Assembly: GCA_963845085.1 (NCBI GenBank)
Contig: CAWJQI010000004.1
Span: 288,001-352,000, forward strand
Direction: 5' to 3'
DNA: 64,000 bases
DNA from: Candidatus Fermentibacterota bacterium
GTDB taxonomy: Bacteria > Fermentibacterota > Fermentibacteria > Fermentibacterales > JCC-6
Shown: in pieces, positions 39,134 to 49,643 of the stretch
How positions within the stretch are numbered: position 1 is the first letter of the stretch
Layout of the letters: the number at the start of each line of letters is the position of its first letter
Notes under the pieces: model-generated
Seen by the model: the letters and a program-made list of their open reading frames with translations, nothing else
Told to the model about the DNA's origin: nothing
Database searches by the model: none
Position numbers and translations under genes: made by a program

Positions 39134-42100
39134 TCACTCCGGAGAAACTCCGAGAAGCCCTCTCCTGGAGGCGTTCCTCCCCTCGGCAGTCTCAAGGTTG
39201 ACAATGTAGATGTAAGCCCCCGCTGCGATGGGGTCACCGTCTGCGTCAAGCCCGCTCCATACGAGCTGCCCGACTCCGCCCGCGTGCGACATGCGTCCTT
39301 CCCAGATGGGTCGGCCGGCCACAGTGAACACCCTCACACCGACCTCGCCGGGTGCCGAGGTCTCGAAGATGAAAGCCCTCGTACCGGAACAGGGGTTGGG
39401 GTACACCGCGACCCGGTCGATCAGCCCGCTCAGGTCGTCCGCGATGACAATTTCAAGCGTGTCGCGGGAACCGTTTCCCATTCCGTCCCAGGCGGCGAGT
39501 ATGAGGGTGTGCTCCCCTGAACCGATGTCGGGAAGGGTGTAGTTGAGCTGTCCGCGCGTGTGGCTGTCGGGAAGGTACTGGAAGAACGAGCTCACATCGA
39601 ACCCCTGGGAGTCGATCGAGAGAAGGATGGCCCGCCCGGCTTCGGAACCGAAGAAGCAGATCCCGCTCTCGTCCTCGAGCTCGGCGGAAAGAACATTCGA
39701 AAGCCCCGCCCTGCGGTATGTCATGGAGATGGCGGGTCCAATGGAGTCGGACGAGTAGCCTCCGGCGTCGGCAACCGTGCACCACTGGTTCCAGGCGACA
39801 TTGTGAATCGAACCATTGTCTCCGAGGGCCTGCGCCCTCGCCAGTGATCCCGTGTCAGCCTGGACAGGCATGAAGAACTGCAGCGTGGCCCTTCCGTCGG
39901 GCTCGGTCTGCACGACCCCCCTGTAGGCGGCAAGACCGAGCCTGATCCAGGGTATCGACACTCCGGACAGGGGGCTCACATAGACCACGCTGTCGCCGCT
40001 TTCCCCGATCGCCACCTGAAGGGTTCTGTCGGCGGGGAAGGTCATGTCGACGGAATTCAGCCGGCCCCGCATCAGCCCGGTTTCGGGCACATGGAAGGTC
40101 GTGCCGTTGTCGTCGGCCATAGGAGCGGTGACGCCTCCGTCGCCCATGATGTTGTAGAAGAAGTTGTACCTTTCGAAGGGCATGGAGATCTTGGCCATCC
40201 AGAGAGCCCTGGCCGCGCTCATACGCTGGGGCCCGTACATCGACCCCAGGAAGACGGAAAGAAGATGTTCGTTCTGGGACTGTGTAGCTTCCGTCGGTCG
40301 AGCCGACGGCCACGATGCCGCCGCCCTGTGAATGCTTGACAAGAACCTCGCTGAAGCAATCGGCCCCGAGCATGTCGAACTGCCCCGTGTTGCAGCTGCC
40401 GAAAAACACAACGGGAAGCCTGGGAAGGTTTACGAGACCGGGAACATCAAGAGTTGAAAGAAGGTTTTCCTGAGCGATCCGGTCGTAGGAGCCGTGCCCG
40501 AAGAAGACAAGCGCCGAGCAGCCCTGGTTGATGGCGGCCACAAGATCAGACCGGGCCTCGGGTTTCTCGGGATGGGCGCCGTCAGGCGAGGTGCCGGGCG
40601 GCCAAGGGTAGTCAACGAGATACAGTTTGAAAAGCTCGAGCGAAAACGATATCACCGAGTCTGCAAGGTACTCGGCTGCAAGGGTTGCGCCGACCTCCGA
40701 GGTCGATGTTGCCGTTCCACTCGTCATCGGCGGCAAGCACAACCCTGTTGGCCCATGTGCCGCTGTTCAGGGCCGATTCGTACGCTGCCAGCTTGTCGAG
40801 GTAGGCCTGCATTTCCAGAGCGTTCGAAACGGGGATCCGGGAGACGGGGATCTCGGGAAAGACAGCACCCTCGTGCACCGTGACGAACCCGTCGTCACCT
40901 GCCCCGAGTTTGTACTGGCTGGGCCCGACCGTGCGGAACAACGGGGCGATCGGCCTTTCACCGGTCGTGTACCCGAGGGGATCGTGGTTGCTGTCACCGA
41001 TCAAAAGGAGAGACTGCGGCGGGTTCACCCAGTTGTCCAGCGCGTGCCTGACCATGGAACGCACCGCACCCGGCGACTCCACGCCCTGGTTGAATTCGTC
41101 GTAGACTTCCCTGTAGCTCGCTGCTGCTATGGTCAGCCCCCTTGCAGCGTAGAACGCACCGATCGGCGCGCTGAACTCCATGAAGGATTCGGGAAGCAGT
41201 ACGATCACATCGCCCTGGAGCCCGGTGCCCACGATCCTTCCGGGTTGGGCGTACTCGATCGAGGCGGGTGTGAGGATTTCCCCCGGGTTCACTATCCACA
41301 TCGAGCCTGACTGCCCGGTGGTTATGGAGATGCGCGCGGTTCCCCCCGATGCCTCCCAGCCGGTCAGCTCGGTCGGAACGAAGGGTGAGCCGGTCAGGAA
41401 AGCCCTTGCACCGGGTTCCACACCCGGGACCTCAATGGTGTAAGTGCCCGCAGGCCTGTTGAGAAAGAAAAGCTGCCTTCCGGTCGTAACGGGTGATTCC
41501 AGCTCAAGTTCCAGGTAGTTGAAGGCGGATACCCAGTTGTCGTTCCACGACCAGATCCGCAGGGTGTTCATGTCGGGGTTCAGAGGGGGGTTGCTCACGG
41601 TCCACAAGCGTATGAACGTGTTGTTTATGAAGGTGCTGTCGATGATGGTCTCATCGTTGAGAACGATGCTGTCGCCGCCGTAGCCCGTATTCCCGTGAAG
41701 AATGCTCAGGCGCAGCGACCTTGCCGTGCTGCCGGCGGGGGCGGTGAAATGAATGTAGGAGGGGCTGCCCTCAGGAATGGGAGCCCAGCACCAGCCCGTT
41801 CTGTCCTCGTTGGCCGACCAGCTGTACTCCTGCTCGAGCCAGACAAGATCGCCTGCGGTGGGTCCCCATGACGGGTAACCCTGGTAGGGGGCTTCGGATG
41901 TTTCCATCCTTTCGCCCGGCGGTCCGCCCCACGTGAGCCAGTATGTATTGGCATCGTCGTACCTGTGCCATGTGTGGAACAGGGTGTCTTCCTGGAATTC
42001 GGCCCTCACGAGGGCACGGCCGTAGAAGAAGAGGGTGTCTGCAGAGTCAAACACGCCGTCCCCGCCGTCTCTTACGGAGAGGGCGACAGGAAGCGGCAGA

Positions 42101-42834
42101 TGCTCGTCGGACGGGTCATCGAGATCGAACGGAACGGCAGGGCCGGAAAGCATCGAAAGCGATGCGCTGGCCATTCCGACCGCCGGGCATCCCGCAGCCG
42201 AGAGCTGTGCCCCCGTGATTGCATGGAACCCGGTTTCATTCACCTTTATCCTGGCCCACGGCATTCCCCAGAATGGGCTTTCAGATGACCGGCCCCTGTC
42301 GCGCCACCAAACGGTTCCGGCGGGGGCGACCCCATCGAGAAGGGAACCCCTTAGGGGTCTGGAACCGGCCCTCGAAGGCCAGGTGAGTTCGAAGGAAATG
42401 GTTGATGCGTATCTCGATAGGTCGCCGTAGCAGAACGGGTCGACAATGACCATGGCGACCGTAGTTCCCGCGAGGGGGATTACGGACATTGCAACGGGTT
42501 CGGACGGCTCTACCGAACGGGCAGAGGCGTTGACTTCAGTTGTTTCGATGCCGGTGCCGGTCAGGGAGGGGACAAAAGCCCACGGTATGCCGTCCCAGCC
42601 AGTCGAACTGACAGCCTCGACACGGTAATCCAGAACAGGCTCGGTACCCGGAGGCACAGGTATGAAGAACACTTCGATCGGGCGCAGCACCCGCCCTGTC
42701 GTCGACATGCCAGCCATTCCCTGAACAACGGGATAAAACGCGTCTCCCAGGGGGCTCAAGGTCGCGGGCCCCACCCGGACCGTGGTGCTGAATCCGCCGA
42801 CAAGGGCCGCTAGAACGAACTGAAGCCCCGTCAT
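39134..42834 (-). CDS. PorU/gingipain-like C25 peptidase with CTD (copy 2; apparent frameshifts near 40707 and 40280)
   Basis: Three ORF pieces are colinear with copy 1: VYDEFNQG, LLIGD, AADDEW | YPWPPGTSPDGAHPEKP, FFGHG, GSCN | CTD VYPNP...WSGLDADGD. Confidence 0.8.
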
Positions 42835-42915
42835 ACAAGAAACCTCCCGGGAAAAACGTGGGTCAACCGGCAATCCATATATAATAGCAGTTCACTTTGC
42901 CCGTGGAGGTTCCCG

Positions 42916-44151
42916 TTGGGGTTGAGATCCGGTTTCGACTCGGTTTCCTGGAGGATCGCATGGCGCTGCCTTCGCCGCCATCCCGCGAGGAAAAAGGTGG
43001 CCTTCAGCACGATCGTCAGCATCGCGGGCGTTGCCCTGGGCGTTGCAGCCCTTGTCGTTGTCATGGGGGTTCTCGACGGCCTTGAGCATTTCATCACCGA
43101 AAGCGTCACCAGCGTCGACGCGTCGCTCGCCGTCCTTCCGGCTGGCTCTGGTGTGGTCCCCGACGACCCGGGGTTCATGGAGAACCTTCTCGAGCTTCCC
43201 GAGGTCGAATCGGCAGTGCCCTACATCCAGGGAGAGGCGATTGCACGGCTTCCGGCAAGGAACCTCGAGTCGGGCTGCATCGTCAGGGGGGTTCCCGTTG
43301 ACGTTCCCCTCTTTCCCGGCATAGACACACTTGTCTCGTGGGGTTCCCCTTCGCTGGTCGGCCCGGACGGCGGACCGGCCGTTGTCATGGGGCTCTACCT
43401 GGCCGAGGAGTTCATGCACAGCTCCGGCGACACGATCGTTTTCTTCCCGCCCAAAAGCCTGTTTTCGGGCAGCGTCGGAAGCGCCAGGGCTGTTCTTCTC
43501 GGGGCGGTTGAAACCGGCCTTCCCGCCAACGACAGAAACCTTGCCTGGGTCCCCCTGCCGGTGGCGGCCCGAATGTTCCTGCCCTCGGGCGGCCTCAGCG
43601 GCATTCAGGTCACCCCTTCGAGCGCATACGGCGAGGAGGCCGCAAGACGGGCCCTTGAGGCGTTCCTTCCCGACTCTCTCCAGGTGCTCACCTGGAAGCA
43701 GAGAAACCCCGCCCTGGCAGCCAGCATGAAGCTGGAGCGGCTGGGCTCGATGGCGGCGCTTCTTCTCATCACACTCGTTGCCACCTTCAACATCATGGGA
43801 ACGGTCGCGAGAAGCGTTGTGGAGCGAAGGCGCGACATCGCCATCCTCAGGGCAATGGGCGGAAGCGACTCCCTCGTGGCCAGGATATTCCTCTGGGAGG
43901 GGGTCTTCGTCGGGGTTACCGGAGCAGCCATCGGCGTGGCCCTCGGGCTGCTGCTCTGCCACATCCTCTCTTCGACCGGGCTTGTCAGCCTTCCCGACGT
44001 CTACTCATTCCACGACAACCTTCCCGTGAGGGTCTCTCCGCTCAACACGCTTGTCGCGGCCCTTTCCGCGGTTGCCATGAGCATCCTTTCAGCAATGGTT
44101 CCTGCGGGCAGGGCGGCATCGCTCGACCCCGTCGCGGTGCTAAGGAAATGA
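42916..44151 (+). CDS. LolC/LolE-like ABC permease (MacB_PCD + FtsX)
   Basis: SIAGVALGVAALVVVMGV..G, W...N..L....KLE, VATFNI, ERRRDIAILRAMG and PA.RAA.LDP motifs. Confidence 0.9.
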   Translation: MGLRSGFDSVSWRIAWRCLRRHPARKKVAFSTIVSIAGVALGVAALVVVMGVLDGLEHFITESVTSVDASLAVLPAGSGVVPDDPGFMENLLELPEVESAVPYIQGEAIARLPARNLESGCIVRGVPVDVPLFPGIDTLVSWGSPSLVGPDGGPAVVMGLYLAEEFMHSSGDTIVFFPPKSLFSGSVGSARAVLLGAVETGLPANDRNLAWVPLPVAARMFLPSGGLSGIQVTPSSAYGEEAARRALEAFLPDSLQVLTWKQRNPALAASMKLERLGSMAALLLITLVATFNIMGTVARSVVERRRDIAILRAMGGSDSLVARIFLWEGVFVGVTGAAIGVALGLLLCHILSSTGLVSLPDVYSFHDNLPVRVSPLNTLVAALSAVAMSILSAMVPAGRAASLDPVAVLRK

Positions 44152-45071
44152 GCCTTCTGCTCTGCATGGTTCTTCTTGTTCCGTACAGCCCCGCTGACAG
44201 CGCCAGGGCTCTCGTCACGATGAGGGAGGTCCCGCTTCGAGCGCTTCTCTTCGCCGAGCAGGCTTCGAGGATCGATGGCGCCGGTGTGCTCGAGCTGGGA
44301 AGGCTGCTTGAACTCGCCGGCAGGTTCGACGATGCCGGAAGGGTTTACGCACTGGCGGCCGGCGGCGCCGTTGCATCGACTTCCGGATGGCTTGCGGACA
44401 GGTTGAGGGGCGTCTCGGTGCTCGACACGACGCTCGTGCTCGAGGCCAGCCTGACCAACCTCGGCGACACCATCGTCAGAAACGTCGTCCTCATGGTCCC
44501 GAGGCCTTTCGCGCACGAACCCTACCAGACCATGAGGATCCTCTCGAACGATTTTTCAGGGGGGGGGCCGGTTCTGACCTGCCTTGTCGCATCCCTCGCC
44601 CCGGGTGAGACCGCGGTCATGAACATCAGGATGGAGCTGCGCCAAAGGCCCCACACGTTCCGCCCGATCCGGGAGGCGCTGAGCGACAGCATCCTGAACG
44701 AAATCCTCGGGATGGCAAGACGGGTGGAGGGAACAAGGTCGGCCCCGGGTCCGTGCCTTGAGATGTCCCTTGCGCTCGCCAGGCAGGTCGCCGGAAACGG
44801 AATTCCCATTCACGTTGCGGGGGGCCTCGTTCAGAGGGGCGACAGCCTTGTGTTTCACGCCTGGACGGTTCTGGACTCAATTGTTCCCGGCCTCCCGGTG
44901 GATCCTCTATTGCTCAGGACCGACTCCCTGATGGCCGTCGGGCACTGCCCCTCCGACATGATCCCCCTCTGGAACCTCGACTACACTGACGGCTGCGAGC
45001 TGAGCGCCCTCTACACAGGGCTCGATTCCAACCTTGAGATGAGCATGAGAGCGTACTTTACGGAAAGATGA
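44148..45071 (+). CDS. Secreted transglutaminase-like protein
   Basis: Signal peptide; GPCLEMS..L....GIP.....G......HAW...VDP matches the Cys-His-Asp transglutaminase-like core. Confidence 0.65.
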   Translation: MSLLLCMVLLVPYSPADSARALVTMREVPLRALLFAEQASRIDGAGVLELGRLLELAGRFDDAGRVYALAAGGAVASTSGWLADRLRGVSVLDTTLVLEASLTNLGDTIVRNVVLMVPRPFAHEPYQTMRILSNDFSGGGPVLTCLVASLAPGETAVMNIRMELRQRPHTFRPIREALSDSILNEILGMARRVEGTRSAPGPCLEMSLALARQVAGNGIPIHVAGGLVQRGDSLVFHAWTVLDSIVPGLPVDPLLLRTDSLMAVGHCPSDMIPLWNLDYTDGCELSALYTGLDSNLEMSMRAYFTER

Positions 45072-46612
45072 GGCCCGATGTGCAGGGAACGGCAGTGCTC
45101 ACGACCGTTATCGCCCTGACCGCCTGCGCTGACCAGGGCGGGGACAGGTTGACCGGCGCGGTGCAGTCCTACATCGACGCAATGGGCGGAAGGGAAGCCC
45201 TTGAAGGCATCCGCTCCGTGCATACGGTGGACAGCATCACGATGGCGGGCCTTTCAGGCTGCAGCGAGGCCTGGTGGGTCAGGGATCCCTTCATGGGAAG
45301 GGTGAGGATTGCCCTCGGACCGGTCGAACAGCACATGATCTTCCAGGGCGACAGCGCCTGGAGCCTTGACCGCAACGGCAACCTTGCCCCGGCAGGGCTG
45401 GAGGGACTCACGCAGCTCGAAAGCGCCAGGGCCACGGTGTTCAATACGGCCTTCCTCGAGTGTTCGGGGCTCGAATACGCGGGCGACACTCTGATTGCCG
45501 GACAGAGGGCTGTTCTGATAAGGCTCGATCTCGACTCGCCCGTCACCTACTGCCTCTCCGCGAATACCGGCCTTCCCGTCGCCCTTGTCACTACGGCCAT
45601 GGGCATGACGGTGGTTCAGTACCCGGGCGACTACACTGAGATCGACGGGGTGACCGTTCCGCTGACCACGGTTGACTCGCTTCCCGGGATGGGCATGGAA
45701 ACAGTGAGCAGGAACATCCTTACCGAGTTCAACACCTCTGAGTCCTTCGACGACAGCCTGTTCTCACCCATCCGGGGCGCGCCGGACCGGCAGCTCACCA
45801 CCTCCGACACACCCAGCCCCTTTCGGCTGCACCAGGGCCACATCTACCTCGAGGCCCTGGTGAACGGCAGGGAGGCCCTCGCCATCCTCGACAGCGGCGC
45901 CGGCGCCACACTTCTCGACAGCATCTTCGCGTGCGAGCTCGGTCTCATCCCGGAAGGGGAGTTCCAGGCCCAGGGCATCAGCGGCTCGCAGGAGTTCGCC
46001 TTCGTGCCGGTTGACAGCTACGAGGTGGCGGGCGCAGTGCTGAGGGGGCAGCTGCCCGCAGTGCTGCCCATCCGGGAAGCCTTCCTTCCCGCAACCGGTA
46101 TGAGCATAGACATGATCGTGGGGTACGACTTCCTCTGCAGGTTCGTGACCGAGATAGACTATCCGGGCAGGACGATCACCCTGCACAGGCGGGGGGAGTA
46201 CAACGCCCCGCCCGGTGCGCTGCGTGTTCCGGGAAGGCTCTCGATGAGTCTGATCTCCTTCGATGCCCTGATAGAAGACAGCATTCCGGCCACCCTGCTG
46301 CTTGACACCGGCGCGGGAGGTTCGCTCCACCTGTCCCGGAGCTTCCTTGCGGGCAGGGGCGCCGCACTCGATGGAAGACCGTCCCGCACCGTTCCGGTCG
46401 AGGCTGTCGGAGGCCGGGGAACCGTCAGCGTGATCCCGGTTGAAACCGTGACAATCGGTGGAAGGATCATCCCCTGCGGCGAGGCGACCGTCTTCGATGA
46501 CACGGGGCCCCTCTCCCGCTACGATGGAATCCTGGGAAGCGACATCCTCTCAAAGTTCACACTGGTCATCGACTACGACATGCCCGGTTTCCACCTGGTT
46601 CAGGCGGAATAG
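45068..46612 (+). CDS. Lipoprotein with N-terminal LolA-like region and two retropepsin-like aspartyl protease domains
   Basis: Lipobox LTAC; ILDSGA...GYDFL..F..EIDY; LLDTGA...GILGSD.L..F...IDY. Confidence 0.8.
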   Translation: MRPDVQGTAVLTTVIALTACADQGGDRLTGAVQSYIDAMGGREALEGIRSVHTVDSITMAGLSGCSEAWWVRDPFMGRVRIALGPVEQHMIFQGDSAWSLDRNGNLAPAGLEGLTQLESARATVFNTAFLECSGLEYAGDTLIAGQRAVLIRLDLDSPVTYCLSANTGLPVALVTTAMGMTVVQYPGDYTEIDGVTVPLTTVDSLPGMGMETVSRNILTEFNTSESFDDSLFSPIRGAPDRQLTTSDTPSPFRLHQGHIYLEALVNGREALAILDSGAGATLLDSIFACELGLIPEGEFQAQGISGSQEFAFVPVDSYEVAGAVLRGQLPAVLPIREAFLPATGMSIDMIVGYDFLCRFVTEIDYPGRTITLHRRGEYNAPPGALRVPGRLSMSLISFDALIEDSIPATLLLDTGAGGSLHLSRSFLAGRGAALDGRPSRTVPVEAVGGRGTVSVIPVETVTIGGRIIPCGEATVFDDTGPLSRYDGILGSDILSKFTLVIDYDMPGFHLVQAE

Positions 46613-47522
46613 AGCCCCTGAAGTGGTCGTAGCCGTCTCCGGGCGGGGCGATCATGCCCCCGGGTCCGACAAGGAACACCCCTGTCCCGGCTTCCAGCCA
46701 GCCGATGGGGTGGCATCCTTCGAAGCTCATCCCTGAAGGGGCAGTGAAAAGAAGTTCGTAGTCCTCCCCGGCCCGGAAGGCCTCGAGGGGGCGGGAGCGG
46801 GCGTACTCCACAAGAGGTACGGCATCGGTCTCGATGCAGACCCTGACCCCGCTCGCCCTGGAAATGTGTCCGGCCTCGCTCACCAGCCCGTCCGAGATGT
46901 CGATGGCGCACCGGCAGCCGGCCCCGCGTATCAGGGCTGCCGCGTCGAACCTCGCCTTTGGCTCGAGGAACAGCCCTGTCTGCGCGTGTTCCAGGGGTGA
47001 AAGGGTGCATTCCCGGGATTTTTCCAGAAGCGCGGGGGAATCAAGAGTGCGGCCGAGCGGCCCAGTCACCCATAGCCTTTCACCGGGTACAGCCGCGGAT
47101 CGCAGGAGCGGGGGGCCGTCAAGCTCGCCCACTGCGGTGAGGGTCAGACCAAATGTTCCGCTCCGAATAGTTTCACCGCCCGCAAGCCGGCAGTCGGGAC
47201 GGCGAACGAGCCCCCTGCAGAACTCGAGAAACCACTTCACCTCGACATCGGGCGGGAGGCTGACAGCGCTGAAAAGCCAGAGTGGACGGGCGCCCATGGC
47301 GGCCAGGTCGGAGAGGGTGGCCTCGAGAAGCCTTCCGCCCAGCTGCTCCGCCGGGCACCACCAGCGGTGGAAGTGAACCCCCTCGAAGTACGAGTCTACG
47401 GTAACCACCGGAGAGGCGATGGCCGGGAGAACCGCTGAATCGTCGCCGGCCAGTTCGAGCCCCAGCTCACTTATCAGCAGGCTGATGAGCCCCCTCTCGC
47501 CGAGTTCCCCCACGGTAGCCAT
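46566..47522 (-). CDS. thiL: Thiamine-monophosphate kinase
   Basis: GE..LI, GDDSAV, EGVHF, LSDLAAMGA, DISDGL and GEDYELLFT motifs. Confidence 0.92.
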   Translation of the reverse strand: MATVGELGERGLISLLISELGLELAGDDSAVLPAIASPVVTVDSYFEGVHFHRWWCPAEQLGGRLLEATLSDLAAMGARPLWLFSAVSLPPDVEVKWFLEFCRGLVRRPDCRLAGGETIRSGTFGLTLTAVGELDGPPLLRSAAVPGERLWVTGPLGRTLDSPALLEKSRECTLSPLEHAQTGLFLEPKARFDAAALIRGAGCRCAIDISDGLVSEAGHISRASGVRVCIETDAVPLVEYARSRPLEAFRAGEDYELLFTAPSGMSFEGCHPIGWLEAGTGVFLVGPGGMIAPPGDGYDHFRGSIPPEPGGNRACRSR

Positions 47523-48382
47523 CAGCGCCTCAAAACCACTTCCAGCTTTTCCATGAGGGCATGGTCCCTGTTTTCCGGGCCGGTCACCACGCCAAGGGGT
47601 TCCCTGCACCTGCAGCCGCCGGGGATGGCCGACGGGTCTCCGAGAAGTGAAAGGGCCTCTCCGAGCACCTTCATCGCCATCGCAGCGTTGTCCTGCATGA
47701 CCTCGAAAACCATGTCACCGGTGACATGCTCGCCCGATTCCCTCCAGCAGTCATAGTCCGTGCTCATGGCAAGCGTTGCGTAGCACATCCCGGCCTCGCG
47801 GGCGAGTTTGGCCTCGGGAAGGGCGGTCATTCCGATGACCGACGCACCAATCGACCTGTAGAAAAGGCTCTCCGCACGCGTGCTGAACGCAGGACCCTCC
47901 ATGACGACGAGGGTGCCTCCGTCATGCACGGTGGCGCCGGCCGCCGCTGCAGCCCTTGCGAGGATCGCCCTCAGGGAGGGACAGAACGGTTCGCCGAAGG
48001 ATGCGTGGGCAACCGCGCCATGGCCGAAGAACGATGTGACCCGGGCTCCGAGCGTCCTGTCGAACAGCTGGTCGGGCACAACGAAATGGCGGGGTGCGAT
48101 CTCCTCCCTCAGGCTTCCCACGGCGCTGAAGCTCACAAGCGTTTCCACCCCGAGTGATTTGAGTGCGTAGATGTTTGCGGCGTAGGGAACCTCTGAAGGG
48201 GTGAACCTGTGGCCTTCGCCATGCCTTGCCATGAACGCCGTCCCGACACCGTGAAGCTCGCCCAGCACCACGGGCGAGGAAGGTTTTCCGAAGGGTGTCT
48301 CCACGGCATCGACACCGAGGACCTTTATGCCCGGAATGGAGTAGAGACCGCTTCCTCCTATGATGCCGACCCTCTTAGCCAT
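47522..48382 (-). CDS. mtnP: S-methyl-5'-thioadenosine phosphorylase
   Basis: GIIGGSGLY, RHG..H...P, AVGSL, EGPAFSTRAES, GMT..PEAKLARE and TDYDCW motifs. Confidence 0.93.
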   Translation of the reverse strand: MAKRVGIIGGSGLYSIPGIKVLGVDAVETPFGKPSSPVVLGELHGVGTAFMARHGEGHRFTPSEVPYAANIYALKSLGVETLVSFSAVGSLREEIAPRHFVVPDQLFDRTLGARVTSFFGHGAVAHASFGEPFCPSLRAILARAAAAAGATVHDGGTLVVMEGPAFSTRAESLFYRSIGASVIGMTALPEAKLAREAGMCYATLAMSTDYDCWRESGEHVTGDMVFEVMQDNAAMAMKVLGEALSLLGDPSAIPGGCRCREPLGVVTGPENRDHALMEKLEVVLRR

Positions 48383-48397
48383 TATCTTCCCTTCATC

Positions 48398-49459
48398 ATG
48401 AGTGACAAACCGAAATATAGCCCCACCCCGGACCTCACCGGCATGCCGTGGGAGAGCCTCCTCGGCTGGGTGACCGATGACCTCGGGGAAAAACCCTTCC
48501 GGGCGAAACAGCTCTTCTCCTGGATACATCTGCGGGGTGCCGGATCGTTCGAAGAGATGACGGACATTCCGAAGGCGCTCAGGGAAAAGCTTTCGGAGAG
48601 GGCAACCCTCACCGTGCCGGAAACCGTGGAGATCGCAAGGGGCCGGGACGGCACGGAACGGCACCTTCTGAAGCTGCATGACGGCCTCGTCGCTGAATCG
48701 GTTCTCATTCCCGACCCTCCGAGGCTAACCGCATGCCTTTCCACACAGGTCGGGTGCAGGATGGGCTGCGCCTTCTGCATGACCGGCCAGGTCGGTTTCA
48801 GAAGGAACCTCATGGCGGGCGAGATCGTGGCGCAGCTCTACGCCCTCAGAAGGACGGCCCCTGAACGGATCTCGAACCTGGTCCTTATGGGAATGGGGGA
48901 ACCGCTCGACAACCTCGACCAGGTAATCCCTGCGCTTGCGGTGATAAGCCACGACTCGGGAATCAGCATCGGGCAGAGAAAGATCACGATCTCAACCATC
49001 GGCATCATCAGGGGCATCTCCGCCCTGACCGCCCTGGGCAGGCAGTACGGGCTTGCCCTCTCCCTGCACAGCGCGGTTCGAACCACCCGCGAAAAGCTTG
49101 TTCCGGCAGCGGCTGGAACAGGGCTGGACAGGCTGAGGCAGAGCCTTCTCGAATGGACGAATGCTTCGGGAAGGCGGGTCACACTCGAGTACTGCCTCAT
49201 AGCAGGGGTCAATGACTCCATCCGTGAGGCGCAGGCGCTTGTGGATTTCGCACGGGGTCTCCCGTGCAAGATCAACCTGCTTTTGTACAACCCTGTAAGC
49301 GGCCTTCCATGGCAGAGGCCCGACGAAACTGCAGTGAGCGCCTTCATGGACCACCTCTACCCCCGGTGCCCGTCCGTCACCCTGAGAAGATCGCGTGGCG
49401 ACGACGTGAACGGGGCGTGCGGCCAGCTCGGGGCTTCGGTTCTCGGTACCCTGCAGTAG
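48398..49459 (+). CDS. rlmN: 23S rRNA (A2503-C2) / tRNA methyltransferase RlmN
   Basis: STQVGCRMGCAFC, MGMGEPL.N, SLH and GACGQL motifs. Confidence 0.95.
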   Translation: MSDKPKYSPTPDLTGMPWESLLGWVTDDLGEKPFRAKQLFSWIHLRGAGSFEEMTDIPKALREKLSERATLTVPETVEIARGRDGTERHLLKLHDGLVAESVLIPDPPRLTACLSTQVGCRMGCAFCMTGQVGFRRNLMAGEIVAQLYALRRTAPERISNLVLMGMGEPLDNLDQVIPALAVISHDSGISIGQRKITISTIGIIRGISALTALGRQYGLALSLHSAVRTTREKLVPAAAGTGLDRLRQSLLEWTNASGRRVTLEYCLIAGVNDSIREAQALVDFARGLPCKINLLLYNPVSGLPWQRPDETAVSAFMDHLYPRCPSVTLRRSRGDDVNGACGQLGASVLGTLQ

Positions 49460-49643
49460 GCGGTTCAAAGAACAGGCTTTGTGCGGTTCAAACCGCGGGC
49501 AGTTCACAACCGGACATACCAGGGAACCCCGCAGGACGGATAGGCATGCACTGCCCTTCCGCATACGGGCGGCGCGCCTGAAATGCATGACGAGCAAAGT
49601 GTTCGAAGCTCTGTAAATCGCTTCCCAAAAGGTCAGCCCGTGC

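Noticed and set aside
49460..49496. GCGGTTCAAA direct repeat as a CRISPR remnant
   Set aside because: Only two 10-bp copies 23 bp apart and no cas genes; the second copy is part of a small hairpin between convergent genes.
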